This document shows, piece by piece, positions 1-10,296 of a DNA stretch of 64,000 bases. Location of the stretch: NCBI GenBank assembly GCA_965660135.1, contig CBFHYW010000001.1:4747-68746 (forward strand). The letters run 5' to 3'. Below the pieces are notes generated by a model that saw only the letters and a program-made list of their open reading frames with translations, was not told the DNA's origin and made no database searches. Every line of letters begins with the position of its first letter. Position 1 is the first letter of the stretch. The stretch comes from Opitutales bacterium. GTDB lineage: Bacteria > Verrucomicrobiota > Verrucomicrobiia > Opitutales > Seribacteraceae. Both the position numbers and the translations under genes were made by a program.

Positions 1-56
1 AAAACTTGAGAAAAATCATACCCGAAGATTTCAAATTGGTATGACTAAAAGTTTAT

Positions 57-836
57 TTAGGCTAAGCCTCTCTCGCTTTTCTGAATAAAATGAAGAGTTT
101 CTCTGGTAATTTCTTGATCAGATAAGTTGGATCCGTTTTCCAAATGTTCAACTGCCTGTCGGCGGTTAAATTCTCCTCTATACAAAACTTTAAAAACCCC
201 TTTTGCTATATCGATTTCAGATTTTGAAAACCCGTTTCTATCCATACCCACTTTATTAATTGAGCGCACTTCAGCGGGAGATCCATCAGCAAGCATGTAA
301 GGCGGAACATCCTGAACAAGTTTCGAACATGCAGAAACCATACAATGATTACCGAGTCGACAAAATTGGTGTACGCCTACCCCCCATCCAATGTTGACAT
401 GATCTTCGACTTCCACATGCCCTCCTAAAGCAGAGTGACTGCTCATAATAAGATTATTGCCTACCCTACAATCATGAGCGACATGACTGTAGGCAAGAAA
501 TACATTATCTGAGCCGATAGATGTTCGATCGTAACCTTTGGTGGCAACATGAGCAGTAACATATTCCCTAAAAGTATTATTGTCACCCACATGAAGTTCT
601 GGCTCTCCTCCATTGAACTTTAAATCGTGAGTCAGTCCACCAATTAGCGCATAGGGATAAATTTCATTTCCTTGACCAAGAACTACCTTACCTTCCACCG
701 TGGCATGGTGCCGAATGATTGAATGATCTCCAATGATCGCACTTTTTCCAATTAACGCAAAGGCTTCAACTATTACATTTTCACCAAGTTGAGCACCCTT
801 CTCAACAATTGCTTGAGCGTGAATCTTACTTGGCAT
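57..836 (-). CDS. lpxA: UDP-N-acetylglucosamine O-acyltransferase
   Basis: Hexapeptide repeats, HVAHDC and VHQFCRLG motifs; start overlaps the lpxC-fabZ stop (TAATG). Confidence 0.96.
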   Translation of the reverse strand: MPSKIHAQAIVEKGAQLGENVIVEAFALIGKSAIIGDHSIIRHHATVEGKVVLGQGNEIYPYALIGGLTHDLKFNGGEPELHVGDNNTFREYVTAHVATKGYDRTSIGSDNVFLAYSHVAHDCRVGNNLIMSSHSALGGHVEVEDHVNIGWGVGVHQFCRLGNHCMVSACSKLVQDVPPYMLADGSPAEVRSINKVGMDRNGFSKSEIDIAKGVFKVLYRGEFNRRQAVEHLENGSNLSDQEITRETLHFIQKSERGLA

Positions 837-2182
837 TAATTATCTTCTCCAGCATCAACAATTGAAAACATAAGGTTAGCAGATGAAACAGCCTTGTCAT
901 TGACTCTACATTCAACACTTGCAGTTGCCAATTTATTGCCTCGAACTTTTTCTAAAGTTGCAGTGATTACGAGTTGGTCTCCAGGAACAACAGGTTTTCT
1001 AAACTTTACCTTATCTGCACTCATAAAAAACGCCACTTTACCTTCGGAGGAACTTCTCCTTAAAAGAAGTATACCTGCAGCTTGTGCCATTGCTTCCAAT
1101 TGAAGGACTCCTGGCATAACTGGATGACCAGGGAAATGGCCGGTAAAAAATGGTTCATTAATAGTTACATTTTTAATACCAACCAATACTTCGTTCCCTT
1201 CGATTGAAGTTACACGATCAATCATTACGAAAGGAAAGCGATGGGGTAACACATCGAGAATACGACGAACATCCAACTCTGTTTCATCAGGTAATACAAC
1301 CGACTTTTTTTTCTTCTTTTCCGATAAAGCTTTTCCCTTACCCAACATTTTCTCCAGGATTTGCTTTGTTAAATCGGAATTTAATGAATGTCCTGGACGA
1401 ACCGCAATGATATGAGCCCGGATCGGTTTGCCGAGTAGTGCAAGATCGCCAACAATATCTAAAATCTTATGACGAACAAATTCATCATCAAAGCGAAGAG
1501 GTTCTTTAGATAAAATCTTGTCACCCTTAATTACAATCGCACTATCTAAACTTCCTCCGCGAATTTTTCCTAACTTAAGAAGTTCTTCTATGTCTTCGTA
1601 GACTGTAAATGTTCTGGCAGGTGCAATTTGAGCAACAAAGGTCTCAGGGTCAATATCCACAGATAAATGCTGCACATGGCTGCCGCGATCATCCGCTGAT
1701 GTACATGTGATACGAAACCCGTCATAAGGGAGAGCAATCATCGAACGATTACCCGATGTTACGGATAAAGGTTCGGGTAATTCATAATAATTGCGCTCCT
1801 CTTCTTGATCAACCGGTTCTGCCTCCAAAACAAGGTTAACAAAAGGGCGAGCTGAACCATCGAGAATAGGAGGTTCACTTGCATCCAATTCAATAATTGC
1901 GTTATCAACTCCACAACCAGAAAGAGCACTTAAAACATGTTCAATGGTATGTACCTTAGCATTTCCATTGGAAATAGTTGTACTACGGACTAATTCGGTA
2001 ACATTGGACGAAATTGGTTTAATTTCAGGCTTCCCAAATAAATCAACTCGCCGAAAAATGTAACCTTCATTCACATTCGCAGGTTTTAAAGTAAGATTAA
2101 CTTCTTCTCCTGTGTGTAGAGATTTCCCCTTAATTGATCGCTCGTGTCGGATAGTCCTTTGTTTAGTAGACATACAAGACAA
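836..2182 (-). CDS. lpxC-fabZ: Bifunctional UDP-3-O-acyl-GlcNAc deacetylase / 3-hydroxyacyl-ACP dehydratase (LpxC-FabZ fusion)
   Basis: LpxC motifs HTIEH and HKILD; C-terminal FabZ motifs LPHRFPF and [12 protein letters not shown]. Confidence 0.96.
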   Translation of the reverse strand: MSCMSTKQRTIRHERSIKGKSLHTGEEVNLTLKPANVNEGYIFRRVDLFGKPEIKPISSNVTELVRSTTISNGNAKVHTIEHVLSALSGCGVDNAIIELDASEPPILDGSARPFVNLVLEAEPVDQEEERNYYELPEPLSVTSGNRSMIALPYDGFRITCTSADDRGSHVQHLSVDIDPETFVAQIAPARTFTVYEDIEELLKLGKIRGGSLDSAIVIKGDKILSKEPLRFDDEFVRHKILDIVGDLALLGKPIRAHIIAVRPGHSLNSDLTKQILEKMLGKGKALSEKKKKKSVVLPDETELDVRRILDVLPHRFPFVMIDRVTSIEGNEVLVGIKNVTINEPFFTGHFPGHPVMPGVLQLEAMAQAAGILLLRRSSSEGKVAFFMSADKVKFRKPVVPGDQLVITATLEKVRGNKLATASVECRVNDKAVSSANLMFSIVDAGEDN

Positions 2183-2270
2183 TATAATTAGAACAAGCCT
2201 GACTTTCTGTAAAGAAGGAAGAAACTTTATCGAAGCTTGCGATTCTTAATTAAATGAATGTAATAGAGTT

Positions 2271-2441
2271 ATGGTGGCTAAATCTAACCGACTTTCCAAA
2301 AAATGGAAAAAAGAATATTATCGTATGATTGACGGCGTCGTCCGCTCCCACGGCATGCAAAAGTTTTTCATGCGGATTCTTTATATTTCCTGCTTTATCG
2401 CGACCATAATTCTTGCGACTTTACTTTATCTGAACGCTTAA
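2271..2441 (+). CDS. Small 56-aa putative membrane protein (not in the ORF track)
   Basis: Hand translation MVAKSNRLSKKWKKEYYRMIDGVVRSHGMQKFFMRILYISCFIATIILATLLYLNA*; basic N-terminus plus C-terminal hydrophobic helix; fills the gap between two minus-strand genes. Confidence 0.6.
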   Translation: MVAKSNRLSKKWKKEYYRMIDGVVRSHGMQKFFMRILYISCFIATIILATLLYLNA

Positions 2442-2454
2442 CCTGCTTACAGGC

Positions 2455-4002
2455 TTACTCGTCTGAAAAAAACTGATCGTTTTTTAGGGTACCGTCAATG
2501 AGTGCATTTTTCCATGTTTTAAGAGCATTGATTTTTTCCCCCTCTTCAATTGCTGGTTCATCGACAAAATCCATCAATCGCAAGTAACCATTTTTTTCCA
2601 AATAATTACCTAGCATACGATTTGATTCCGGATGACCGATCATTGAAAAAACTAATTGCTCCGCTTCAATAATTCTCTTTTTTTGATTTCCAGTCACGAC
2701 AAAAGCACCTTTAGAACGAATTCGGTTTAGGGTTTCGGCAATAACGGGGTTAGTCAGTTCTAAACAATTTCCAGTTAAAGATAATCTTTTTAATTTTCGG
2801 AGTTCTAATAAGGGTTTTAATTCGTAAATAAAATTATTTGATAAGGACAATACATTTATCTCAGAAAAAGCAGAGAGTGATTTTATGCTTACAAACTGGT
2901 TTCTCTGAAGCCTTAGTTCTTTTAATGTTCTCAAGGATTGTATAGGGCGCAAATCACAAATTCTATTCTCTACCAGGTACAAATGTTCGATATTTGGCAA
3001 AGAGTCTAAGCCTGCCAGGCTATTAATCCGGTTGTCAGATAAGGAAAGCCTACGTAATTGCTTAAATTCGCTAAGATTGTTGACTTCCTCCAACTGATTG
3101 CCAGATAGAAGAAGGATTTGTAAACGAGGGAGGTCGCTTAAGGACGCAACCGATTTCAACATATTATCATACAAATACAAGTTGACTAATTTTGCTAGAG
3201 ATTGAATTTCTGTGAGCGGATCGGTGTCTAATTTTCCGTTACCACTTTCATCCTCTATTGGTTCGCCAGGGTCATGAACATTGTTTCTGTTTTGATCAAC
3301 AAAACTTTCCACTCGGCCAAGTTGATTACTTTGGGCATACAAAGTAACTAAGGAATCTAGAGTTCCAACACCTTCTAGATCTATTAATGCATTCCCCGAG
3401 ACATCCAGATGTTGTAAATAGTTTAAATGAGATATACCTGATAATCCAAGTAACCGATTGTTCGCTAAAGAAAGTTCCCTCAATTGCCACGGTCCACGCT
3501 TAGCCTTTTCTACGGTCTCCGATAACGAAAGAATCAAATCAGCACCTTCATTTTCGGGGTTTTTTAAACTAGATAATTTCCCCTGAATATCTAGAATTTT
3601 AATCCGCAATTGTTTTTGAGATAAGCCAGAGAGCGGAGACAGATTAGAAATTTTGTTGCCTGATAAATCAAGCCTCCGCAAATGTGCAAGTTCAGCAATG
3701 GGAGAAAGATCTTTAATTAAATTATCCCGCAAAACTAGAACCTTTAAGTTTCGTGCTGCTTGCAAGCCTGTCAAATCACGTATCCCCGCATTATTAAGCT
3801 CAAAGTATTCAAGTTTTTCCGCAACTAACTCGGAAGTTAAAGAATCCCGATCCACTCGAAGTGTTTTAGCTAGTGCACGTTCTAAAAGAGGCTCAGGAAC
3901 GAAAAGAGTCCCCGCATATAGAAATGGGGAACTGAACAAGAAAATTAGCGATAGATTAAAAAAAGTCGCAAAAAATTTGAAAAAAGGTGATGAAATTCGC
4001 AC
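2455..4002 (-). CDS. Exported internalin-like leucine-rich-repeat protein
   Basis: Signal-like N-terminus and many LxxLxLxxNxIxDL repeats. Confidence 0.9.
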   Translation of the reverse strand: MRISSPFFKFFATFFNLSLIFLFSSPFLYAGTLFVPEPLLERALAKTLRVDRDSLTSELVAEKLEYFELNNAGIRDLTGLQAARNLKVLVLRDNLIKDLSPIAELAHLRRLDLSGNKISNLSPLSGLSQKQLRIKILDIQGKLSSLKNPENEGADLILSLSETVEKAKRGPWQLRELSLANNRLLGLSGISHLNYLQHLDVSGNALIDLEGVGTLDSLVTLYAQSNQLGRVESFVDQNRNNVHDPGEPIEDESGNGKLDTDPLTEIQSLAKLVNLYLYDNMLKSVASLSDLPRLQILLLSGNQLEEVNNLSEFKQLRRLSLSDNRINSLAGLDSLPNIEHLYLVENRICDLRPIQSLRTLKELRLQRNQFVSIKSLSAFSEINVLSLSNNFIYELKPLLELRKLKRLSLTGNCLELTNPVIAETLNRIRSKGAFVVTGNQKKRIIEAEQLVFSMIGHPESNRMLGNYLEKNGYLRLMDFVDEPAIEEGEKINALKTWKNALIDGTLKNDQFFSDE

Positions 4003-4033
4003 TTTTTAATAATCGACAGAGAAAGCAATTTCT

Positions 4034-7000
4034 TTAACGCAAACGAGCGATCAAATCTTTCGACTCAACGGAATCTCCAACTTTGACTAATAGTTCATCA
4101 ACTATGCCGTCCGAGGAAGCATAAAGAGTAGTCTGCATTTTCATGGCTTCCAGCACAGCAACTTTTTCCCCCTTAGAAATACTCTTCCCTACGCTGGTAG
4201 AAATACTGCTGATCATTGCAGGAATTGGAGCGGCAACATGCTTTGGGTTAGCGGGGTCGCCTTTTTCTCGGACTTTTGCTTCGGCGTTTACTGATTTATC
4301 TTGAACCAATGTACTCCTCGCTTTTCCGTTTAATTCAAAAGTTAAGGAGCGCTCCCCTTTTTCGTCAGGATCTCCGACATGAAGAAGTTTGATAAATAAG
4401 GTCTTTCCTTCCTCAATCTTGATTGCAATTTCTTCTCCTGGTTCAAGTCCATGAAAATATGCAGTTGTTGGTAAAACTGAAATGTCCCCATAAGATGATC
4501 GAAAAGCTTGGAAATCCTCAAAAACTTTTGGGTACATTACGCTCGAAAACAAATCATCTTTCGAAACTTTGCGACCCAATTTTTTCTGCAAACTGGTGGA
4601 TTCTTTACGCAAATCTATCTTAGGTGCAGAAGCACCTGGCCGACCACGCATAGGTTTTTGTTTGCCAAGGATCACTTTTTGCACAGCTTTCGGCCACCCT
4701 CCTTTAGGTTGGCCAAGATTTCCTGAAAGAAGATCGATAACGGATTCAGGGAAACCAGTCTCCGGTGGTAGGTTCACTAAGTCTTCTGGCTTTACCCCTT
4801 TGGTAATTAAAAAGATAGCTAAATCACCAACACTTTTACTACTAGGAGTTACTTTAACAATATCTCCGAGCATATGGTTAACCTGCTGATAAGTTTTCAC
4901 CACATCTGGCCAACGTTTTCCCAGTCCTAATGCACCAGCTTGCTCACGTAAATTAGTATATTGCCCACCTGGCATTTGATGCTGAAAAACTTCTGCACTA
5001 CCAAAAGGTGGTGAACTGTCGAAAGGAGCATAATACTGCCTCACCGCCTCCCAATAAATAGATAAGTCGTTGAGTGCATCAACATCCAAACCCGTAGATC
5101 GCGGAGCATTCCTTAATGAATGAGCAACAGAATTTAAATTAGGTTGGCTGGTGCACCCAGAAAGTGAGGATATAGCTAAATCGACAACATCAACGCCCGC
5201 CTCACTAGCTTTAAGAACTGAAGCAGAAGCAATTCCACTTGAATCATGCGTATGAAAGTGAATAGGCAGCGAAACTTCATTTTTCAGAGCCTTTACCAAT
5301 CGATAAGCAGCAATCGGGTGACAAAGCCCTGCCATATCTTTAATCGCAAGAATATGAGCACCCATTTTTTCTAATTCCTTGGCCAAATCAACATAGTACT
5401 TAAGTACATATTTTTCTTCGGAGGAATCAGTAAAATCACCTGTAAAGCATAGTGATGCCTCGCAAAGAGATTTTGTTCGCTCGCTCACTGTTTCCATTGC
5501 CACTTTTAAATTTGGCAAATAATTCAAAGAATCAAAGATTCTAAATATATCCATCCCTGCCTCCGACGAATGCTCAACAAATTCACGAACCACATTATCC
5601 GGGTAATTTGCATATCCCACTCCGTTTGAACCGCGCAGGAGCATTTGGAATAAAATATTGGGGATTTTTTCTCTCAATAATCGCAGACGCTCGTAAGGCG
5701 ATTCCCCTAAAAATCGCATACAGGTATCAAAGGTGGCCCCACCCCACATTTCCAGACTAAAAAGGCCGGAGGCACGACGAGCGATAAAATCCGAAACCGC
5801 CAACATATCATGAGTTCTCATTCTCGCAGCAAAGAGTGACTGATGAGCATCCCGAAGTGTAGTATCTGTTACCAAAAGAGGTTTCTGTTTAAGCATCCAT
5901 TTAGAAAACTCCTTGGCCCCCTTCTCTAGAAGAAGATCTCGCGTGCCACGAGGTGGGGACATCTTGGCATCATACTCAGGATGTATCAAAGGCAATGGGG
6001 CATCCATTCGAGAGCGCCCCTTAACTTGGGGGTTTCCATTGACAATAATTTCTCCAAGATAACTAAGTAATTTGGAGGCCCTGTCTCTCCTTGGTTTAAA
6101 GCGAAATAAATCAGGAGTTACATCGATCATTCGAGTAGTCGCTTTACCCGCAACGAAATCCTTATGGTTGATCACATTTTCTAGAAAAGGAATATTCGTT
6201 TTCACTCCACGAATTCTCATTTCTCGCAAAGAACGATGCATACGGTCTAAAGCCTGTTGAAGGTTTGGACCCGAAGTTGTAAGCTTGACTAAAAGAGAAT
6301 CATAAAACGGAGTAATTATGGCACCTGTATCCCCCATTGCACCGTCCAAACGAACTCCAAATCCTGCCGCTGATCGATAGCTTAAGATTTTGCCATAATC
6401 CGGGGTGAAATCTTTTTCAGGATCCTCCGTGGTAACTCGGCATTGAATCGCGCAGCCATTACGGGGAATTTGATCTTGGGCTGGAATACCGATTTCTTTT
6501 CCATGCAATGACTTATCCATTGCAACCAAGATTTGAGACCGAACAATATCTATACCAGTAATTTGCTCGGTAACCGTATGTTCAACTTGAATACGTGGAT
6601 TCATCTCAATGAAAAACCATTCGTTCGTATCTTGATCTAAAAGGAATTCAACTGTTCCTGCATTGTCATATCCGACTTGCTCAGCAAGTTGAACCCCGGC
6701 ATTACAAAGATTATCTATAACATCTTGCGGAAGTCCAATAGAAGGTGCCACTTCGACCACTTTTTGATATCTTCTTTGGACGGAACAATCCCGCTCATGC
6801 AAATGAACAATATTACCTTTTCTATCGCCTAGGATTTGAACCTCCAAATGCTTAGCACGCCCAATATACCGCTCGAGAAAGACGGCAGCATTTCCAAATG
6901 CACGCTCAGCTTCACCCTGAGCCTCTTCGAGCATTGCTTTTAGGTCTTCCTCTTTTTCCACGACCCGCATTCCGCGACCTCCCCCACCAAAGGCTGCTTT

Positions 7001-7471
7001 AATGATTAACGGAAAACCAATTTTACGCCCCCACTTCAGAGCTTGCGCGGGGTTAGAAACAGCACTTGGAGTAGCGGGTAAAGTTGGTACCTTAGCTTGA
7101 TCTGCGGCTTTTTTTGCCGCAACTTTATCGCCCATACTCTCTAGCAATTCTGGTCGGGGTCCAATAAATGCAATACCAGCATCTTCACAGGCCCTAGCAA
7201 ATTCAGCGTTCTCGGAAAGAAAGCCGTAACCAGGATGAATCATATCAACCCCTTTGTCCTTAGCGAGGGTAATAATTGAATCAATGTCAAGATAAGCTGC
7301 AACAGGTCCCTTGCCCTTACCGACAAGATACGCTTCATCGGCCTTAAAGCGATGAACACCAAAACGGTCTTCTTCGGCATAAATTGCAACGGTACGCAAG
7401 TTTAATTCAGTCGCAGAACGAAAAATTCGCACAGCAATTTCGCTACGATTGGCAACTAGGAGTTTCTTCAT
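4034..7471 (-). CDS. pyc: Pyruvate carboxylase
   Basis: Biotin carboxylase domain (HPGYGFLSEN, ERDCSVQRR), carboxyltransferase (LRDAHQS, EMWGGATFD), biotinyl EAMKM. Confidence 0.97.
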   Translation of the reverse strand: MKKLLVANRSEIAVRIFRSATELNLRTVAIYAEEDRFGVHRFKADEAYLVGKGKGPVAAYLDIDSIITLAKDKGVDMIHPGYGFLSENAEFARACEDAGIAFIGPRPELLESMGDKVAAKKAADQAKVPTLPATPSAVSNPAQALKWGRKIGFPLIIKAAFGGGGRGMRVVEKEEDLKAMLEEAQGEAERAFGNAAVFLERYIGRAKHLEVQILGDRKGNIVHLHERDCSVQRRYQKVVEVAPSIGLPQDVIDNLCNAGVQLAEQVGYDNAGTVEFLLDQDTNEWFFIEMNPRIQVEHTVTEQITGIDIVRSQILVAMDKSLHGKEIGIPAQDQIPRNGCAIQCRVTTEDPEKDFTPDYGKILSYRSAAGFGVRLDGAMGDTGAIITPFYDSLLVKLTTSGPNLQQALDRMHRSLREMRIRGVKTNIPFLENVINHKDFVAGKATTRMIDVTPDLFRFKPRRDRASKLLSYLGEIIVNGNPQVKGRSRMDAPLPLIHPEYDAKMSPPRGTRDLLLEKGAKEFSKWMLKQKPLLVTDTTLRDAHQSLFAARMRTHDMLAVSDFIARRASGLFSLEMWGGATFDTCMRFLGESPYERLRLLREKIPNILFQMLLRGSNGVGYANYPDNVVREFVEHSSEAGMDIFRIFDSLNYLPNLKVAMETVSERTKSLCEASLCFTGDFTDSSEEKYVLKYYVDLAKELEKMGAHILAIKDMAGLCHPIAAYRLVKALKNEVSLPIHFHTHDSSGIASASVLKASEAGVDVVDLAISSLSGCTSQPNLNSVAHSLRNAPRSTGLDVDALNDLSIYWEAVRQYYAPFDSSPPFGSAEVFQHQMPGGQYTNLREQAGALGLGKRWPDVVKTYQQVNHMLGDIVKVTPSSKSVGDLAIFLITKGVKPEDLVNLPPETGFPESVIDLLSGNLGQPKGGWPKAVQKVILGKQKPMRGRPGASAPKIDLRKESTSLQKKLGRKVSKDDLFSSVMYPKVFEDFQAFRSSYGDISVLPTTAYFHGLEPGEEIAIKIEEGKTLFIKLLHVGDPDEKGERSLTFELNGKARSTLVQDKSVNAEAKVREKGDPANPKHVAAPIPAMISSISTSVGKSISKGEKVAVLEAMKMQTTLYASSDGIVDELLVKVGDSVESKDLIARLR

Positions 7472-7535
7472 AATTTAGGAAAAGGTTAGAGTTCCAAGAT
7501 AAATGAAATGCAGATAACGGGCAGGTTTTTCAATG

Positions 7536-8456
7536 TTAAAAAGAACCTTGAAGCAAAGTATCATCAAAAAACCATAAAATTGGATCGAACCATGGATCAA
7601 CATACGAAGATAGTCCCGCAGCAAAATAAAGTAATCCCGCAATTGCTAAATATGGGCCAAATGGAACTTCCGCACCCCAATTTAAATTCTCTTCTTTGTC
7701 TGTAACTACTTTTCTAAAAAAAACTTTTTGAATAACCATTAACGGTATTAATAAAATTGTTCCGAGCATCGCTCCCCCAAAAATTGTAAAAATTGCACCC
7801 TTCCAACCACAGAATGCTCCAATACATCCCAAAAGTTTAATATCTCCCTCTCCCAAGGCATCTCGACCAAAAGCAATCTGTGCAAACGCACCAATCCAAT
7901 AAAGCAAAGCAGAGCCGACTAATAATCCAATGAGTGCATGCATTCCTCCAGCAAAGTGCGAATTCCAAGACAGGCTAAAATCCTCAAGATGTATTTCAGG
8001 GAAAATAAAAGAAAGAACTAAACCAATTATTGCCCCACCTACGCTCAACCGATCGGGAATAATCATCGTTTCATAATCAATGACTGCGACTGTAATCATG
8101 AGCCATGAAAAAGTGATGCGAAAAAATAATGCGACCAAATCAAAATCTTGTGAGTATAGGAATGTAAAATATGCGAAGATAATGCCCACAAATAGCTCTA
8201 CAAACCAATAGCGTACAGGGATAATAAAAGAACAACAATTCGCACGCCCCTTTTGAAGTAACCAAGTAAGAACCGGCAAGTTCCTGAACCAAGGTATTGG
8301 AGTACCACAACTAGGACAATGAGAGGATGGAAGTACCACAGATTTACCGATAGGAATCCGATGAGCACAGACATTTAAAAAACTGCCAAATATTGTTCCA
8401 ACGACCAGACCGATACAGGATAGAGCAACAGGGTTAAGCAGTATTTCATCTATCAT
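7536..8456 (-). CDS. pilD: Prepilin peptidase (A24 family)
   Basis: GSFLNV..HRIP, SHCPSC, GEGDIKL and VPFGPYL motifs; multiple TM helices. Confidence 0.92.
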   Translation of the reverse strand: MIDEILLNPVALSCIGLVVGTIFGSFLNVCAHRIPIGKSVVLPSSHCPSCGTPIPWFRNLPVLTWLLQKGRANCCSFIIPVRYWFVELFVGIIFAYFTFLYSQDFDLVALFFRITFSWLMITVAVIDYETMIIPDRLSVGGAIIGLVLSFIFPEIHLEDFSLSWNSHFAGGMHALIGLLVGSALLYWIGAFAQIAFGRDALGEGDIKLLGCIGAFCGWKGAIFTIFGGAMLGTILLIPLMVIQKVFFRKVVTDKEENLNWGAEVPFGPYLAIAGLLYFAAGLSSYVDPWFDPILWFFDDTLLQGSF

Positions 8457-8459
8457 ACT

Positions 8460-9371
8460 CTAATTTGGAATTGCAGAGCGGGCCCCATTAAACATTGCTT
8501 GAACAGAAACCTCTTGCTCAGTCCATATTGATAATGACCTAACAGCTTGGTGAACTAGCATCGATAATCCATTTTCGTAAGCCATTCCCATTAATTTTGC
8601 TTGTCTAAGTAAACTCGTTTCTGGTGGGTTGTAAATCATGTCGTAGACCTTAGTCGAAGACGGAAAGTCACATAGGGAAATTGGAGAGGGGTCATTTTTT
8701 TCTAACCCTAAGGATGTTGCATTGATAATGACGAGCTCTTCAATCTTAAAAAGTGCTAAAGGAATTTGAGATATTTCGAATGTGCTAACGCAACTAATAT
8801 TAAAGGAATTTCTCAATTCTCCAATTAATTCCTCAAGACGAAGTGCTGATCGATTTCCGATCCAAAGACTTTTGCACCCTCCGGATAAAGCTTGTGCTGC
8901 CGCTGCTCTTGCTGCTCCACCAGCTCCGAGCACAACAACATTGGCAGAGACCAAGGGCACTTGAAGCTTTCCAAGTAATGCATGCTCCACCCCATATCCA
9001 TCAGAATTGAAACCCTGCCATTTCGATCCATCAAATTTCAAAGTATTTACTGCTCCAATATTTCGAGCTTCCGGATCAATGGTATCGAGTAGTGAAAAAA
9101 CTTCCACTTTATGAGGAATAGTAAGATTTAATCCTCTGTATCCGCATCTTGCCAGATAAGGCAATGCTGAAGCTAAATCCTTAGATTCGACCTCTATTTT
9201 ATGGTACTGCCAATTAGAAAAATTAGGAGCACGAGCTGATAATTCCTCTAAAGCTGCATGGTGCAATTGAGGGCTAATCGAATGCTTAATCGGAGCTCCA
9301 AGTACGGCCAATCCTACTTTATCTTCAGGGAGTGGACTAACATCCTCTATCCTTAATGGGCATTCAAGCAT
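8460..9371 (-). CDS. aroE: Shikimate dehydrogenase
   Basis: HSISPQLH, NLTIPHK, GAVNT, GAGGAA, DMIYNP motifs; start placed at ATG 9371, overlapping the upstream stop. Confidence 0.93.
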   Translation of the reverse strand: MLECPLRIEDVSPLPEDKVGLAVLGAPIKHSISPQLHHAALEELSARAPNFSNWQYHKIEVESKDLASALPYLARCGYRGLNLTIPHKVEVFSLLDTIDPEARNIGAVNTLKFDGSKWQGFNSDGYGVEHALLGKLQVPLVSANVVVLGAGGAARAAAAQALSGGCKSLWIGNRSALRLEELIGELRNSFNISCVSTFEISQIPLALFKIEELVIINATSLGLEKNDPSPISLCDFPSSTKVYDMIYNPPETSLLRQAKLMGMAYENGLSMLVHQAVRSLSIWTEQEVSVQAMFNGARSAIPN

Positions 9372-10242
9372 TGGCTTCCCTTTGGTAAATTCGTTCAAAC
9401 TCAGTTACAAATTTCAGAAAAAGTTCAGAATTTGTTTGGTCTCCAGATTTAGCGTATTGCTGAACCAAGTTTCTGCATCCTCTTGTCAAAGTTTCTGCAA
9501 CAGTTACAGGTAAGAGCGAAGCTCCTGAACTCTCAACCGAAGAATCCTCGAGGAACCCCTCCATTTCCTCAATTTCAAAAAATTTTCCGCCCGCCCAAAC
9601 ATCAATGTAGAATGGCTTTCGATCAGAAAAACAACCAACCATAAACCTTCCCGGCAGTCCAATGGGTTCAAGCTCTAAGCTTATCCTTCTTGCAACTAGT
9701 AAATACAAAACCGAGAGAGTGATAGGTAGTCCCTTTCTTCTCTCTAAAACTCGATGAAGAAAACTATTCTGAGGATCAGCAAAATCTTTTGTAGCCCCGC
9801 GAAAACCAAACTCATGGAAAAGAACCCTATTTATAACTGAGCAAACGTCTTTGGCACTTTGGGGAGGAGTCAAAAGTTCACGGACTCGGTCCGCAAGTTG
9901 GTTTAAAAATAAAGTCGAAGTAGAAATATCCAAAGTTGGGAAAATCGTTCGATCTAGCAAAAACCAGCCCGTCTCAAGTTCGTATCTTTGAGAACGAATA
10001 AATTGAAGAAAAGCTCCCACACCATCAACCCATCCGAGTTCCTCGATCAAACTGTGAGCATGTTTCGCCAGTAAATTATTCGGTTCCCGAATAACTTGTT
10101 CAAGAAAAAGAATTCCCTCGTCAGGATAGCTTTTAAGCTCTCTGATAATAGCCTGTCGGACAATCGGGTTCTCATCATCAAGTAACCGACGAATATTCGT
10201 CCATAATTTTTCTTTTTCCACTTTTGACAACATTTTCATCAA
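9364..10242 (-). CDS. SirB1 / transglutaminase-like family protein
   Basis: NSFLHRVLERRKGLPITLSVLY and GLPGRF (canonical PGHF-like) motifs. Confidence 0.8.
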   Translation of the reverse strand: MMKMLSKVEKEKLWTNIRRLLDDENPIVRQAIIRELKSYPDEGILFLEQVIREPNNLLAKHAHSLIEELGWVDGVGAFLQFIRSQRYELETGWFLLDRTIFPTLDISTSTLFLNQLADRVRELLTPPQSAKDVCSVINRVLFHEFGFRGATKDFADPQNSFLHRVLERRKGLPITLSVLYLLVARRISLELEPIGLPGRFMVGCFSDRKPFYIDVWAGGKFFEIEEMEGFLEDSSVESSGASLLPVTVAETLTRGCRNLVQQYAKSGDQTNSELFLKFVTEFERIYQREANA

Positions 10243-10296
10243 TAACTTATATTCGCGCCTTCCCTTGCTCTGAGCAAGCCTACTTCGAATACAAAA

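Noticed and set aside
1-19. Possible start of a next minus-strand gene (ATG at 19, MIFLKF..)
   Set aside because: Only six codons lie in the window; cannot be supported or identified
836-2182. LpxC-FabZ fusion as a novelty
   Set aside because: Well-known fusion in Bacteroidota and Verrucomicrobiota
10264-10278. Short dyad CTTGCT-CTG-AGCAAG between yggS and the SirB1-like gene
   Set aside because: Only 6-bp arms and no convincing U-tract; within chance expectation
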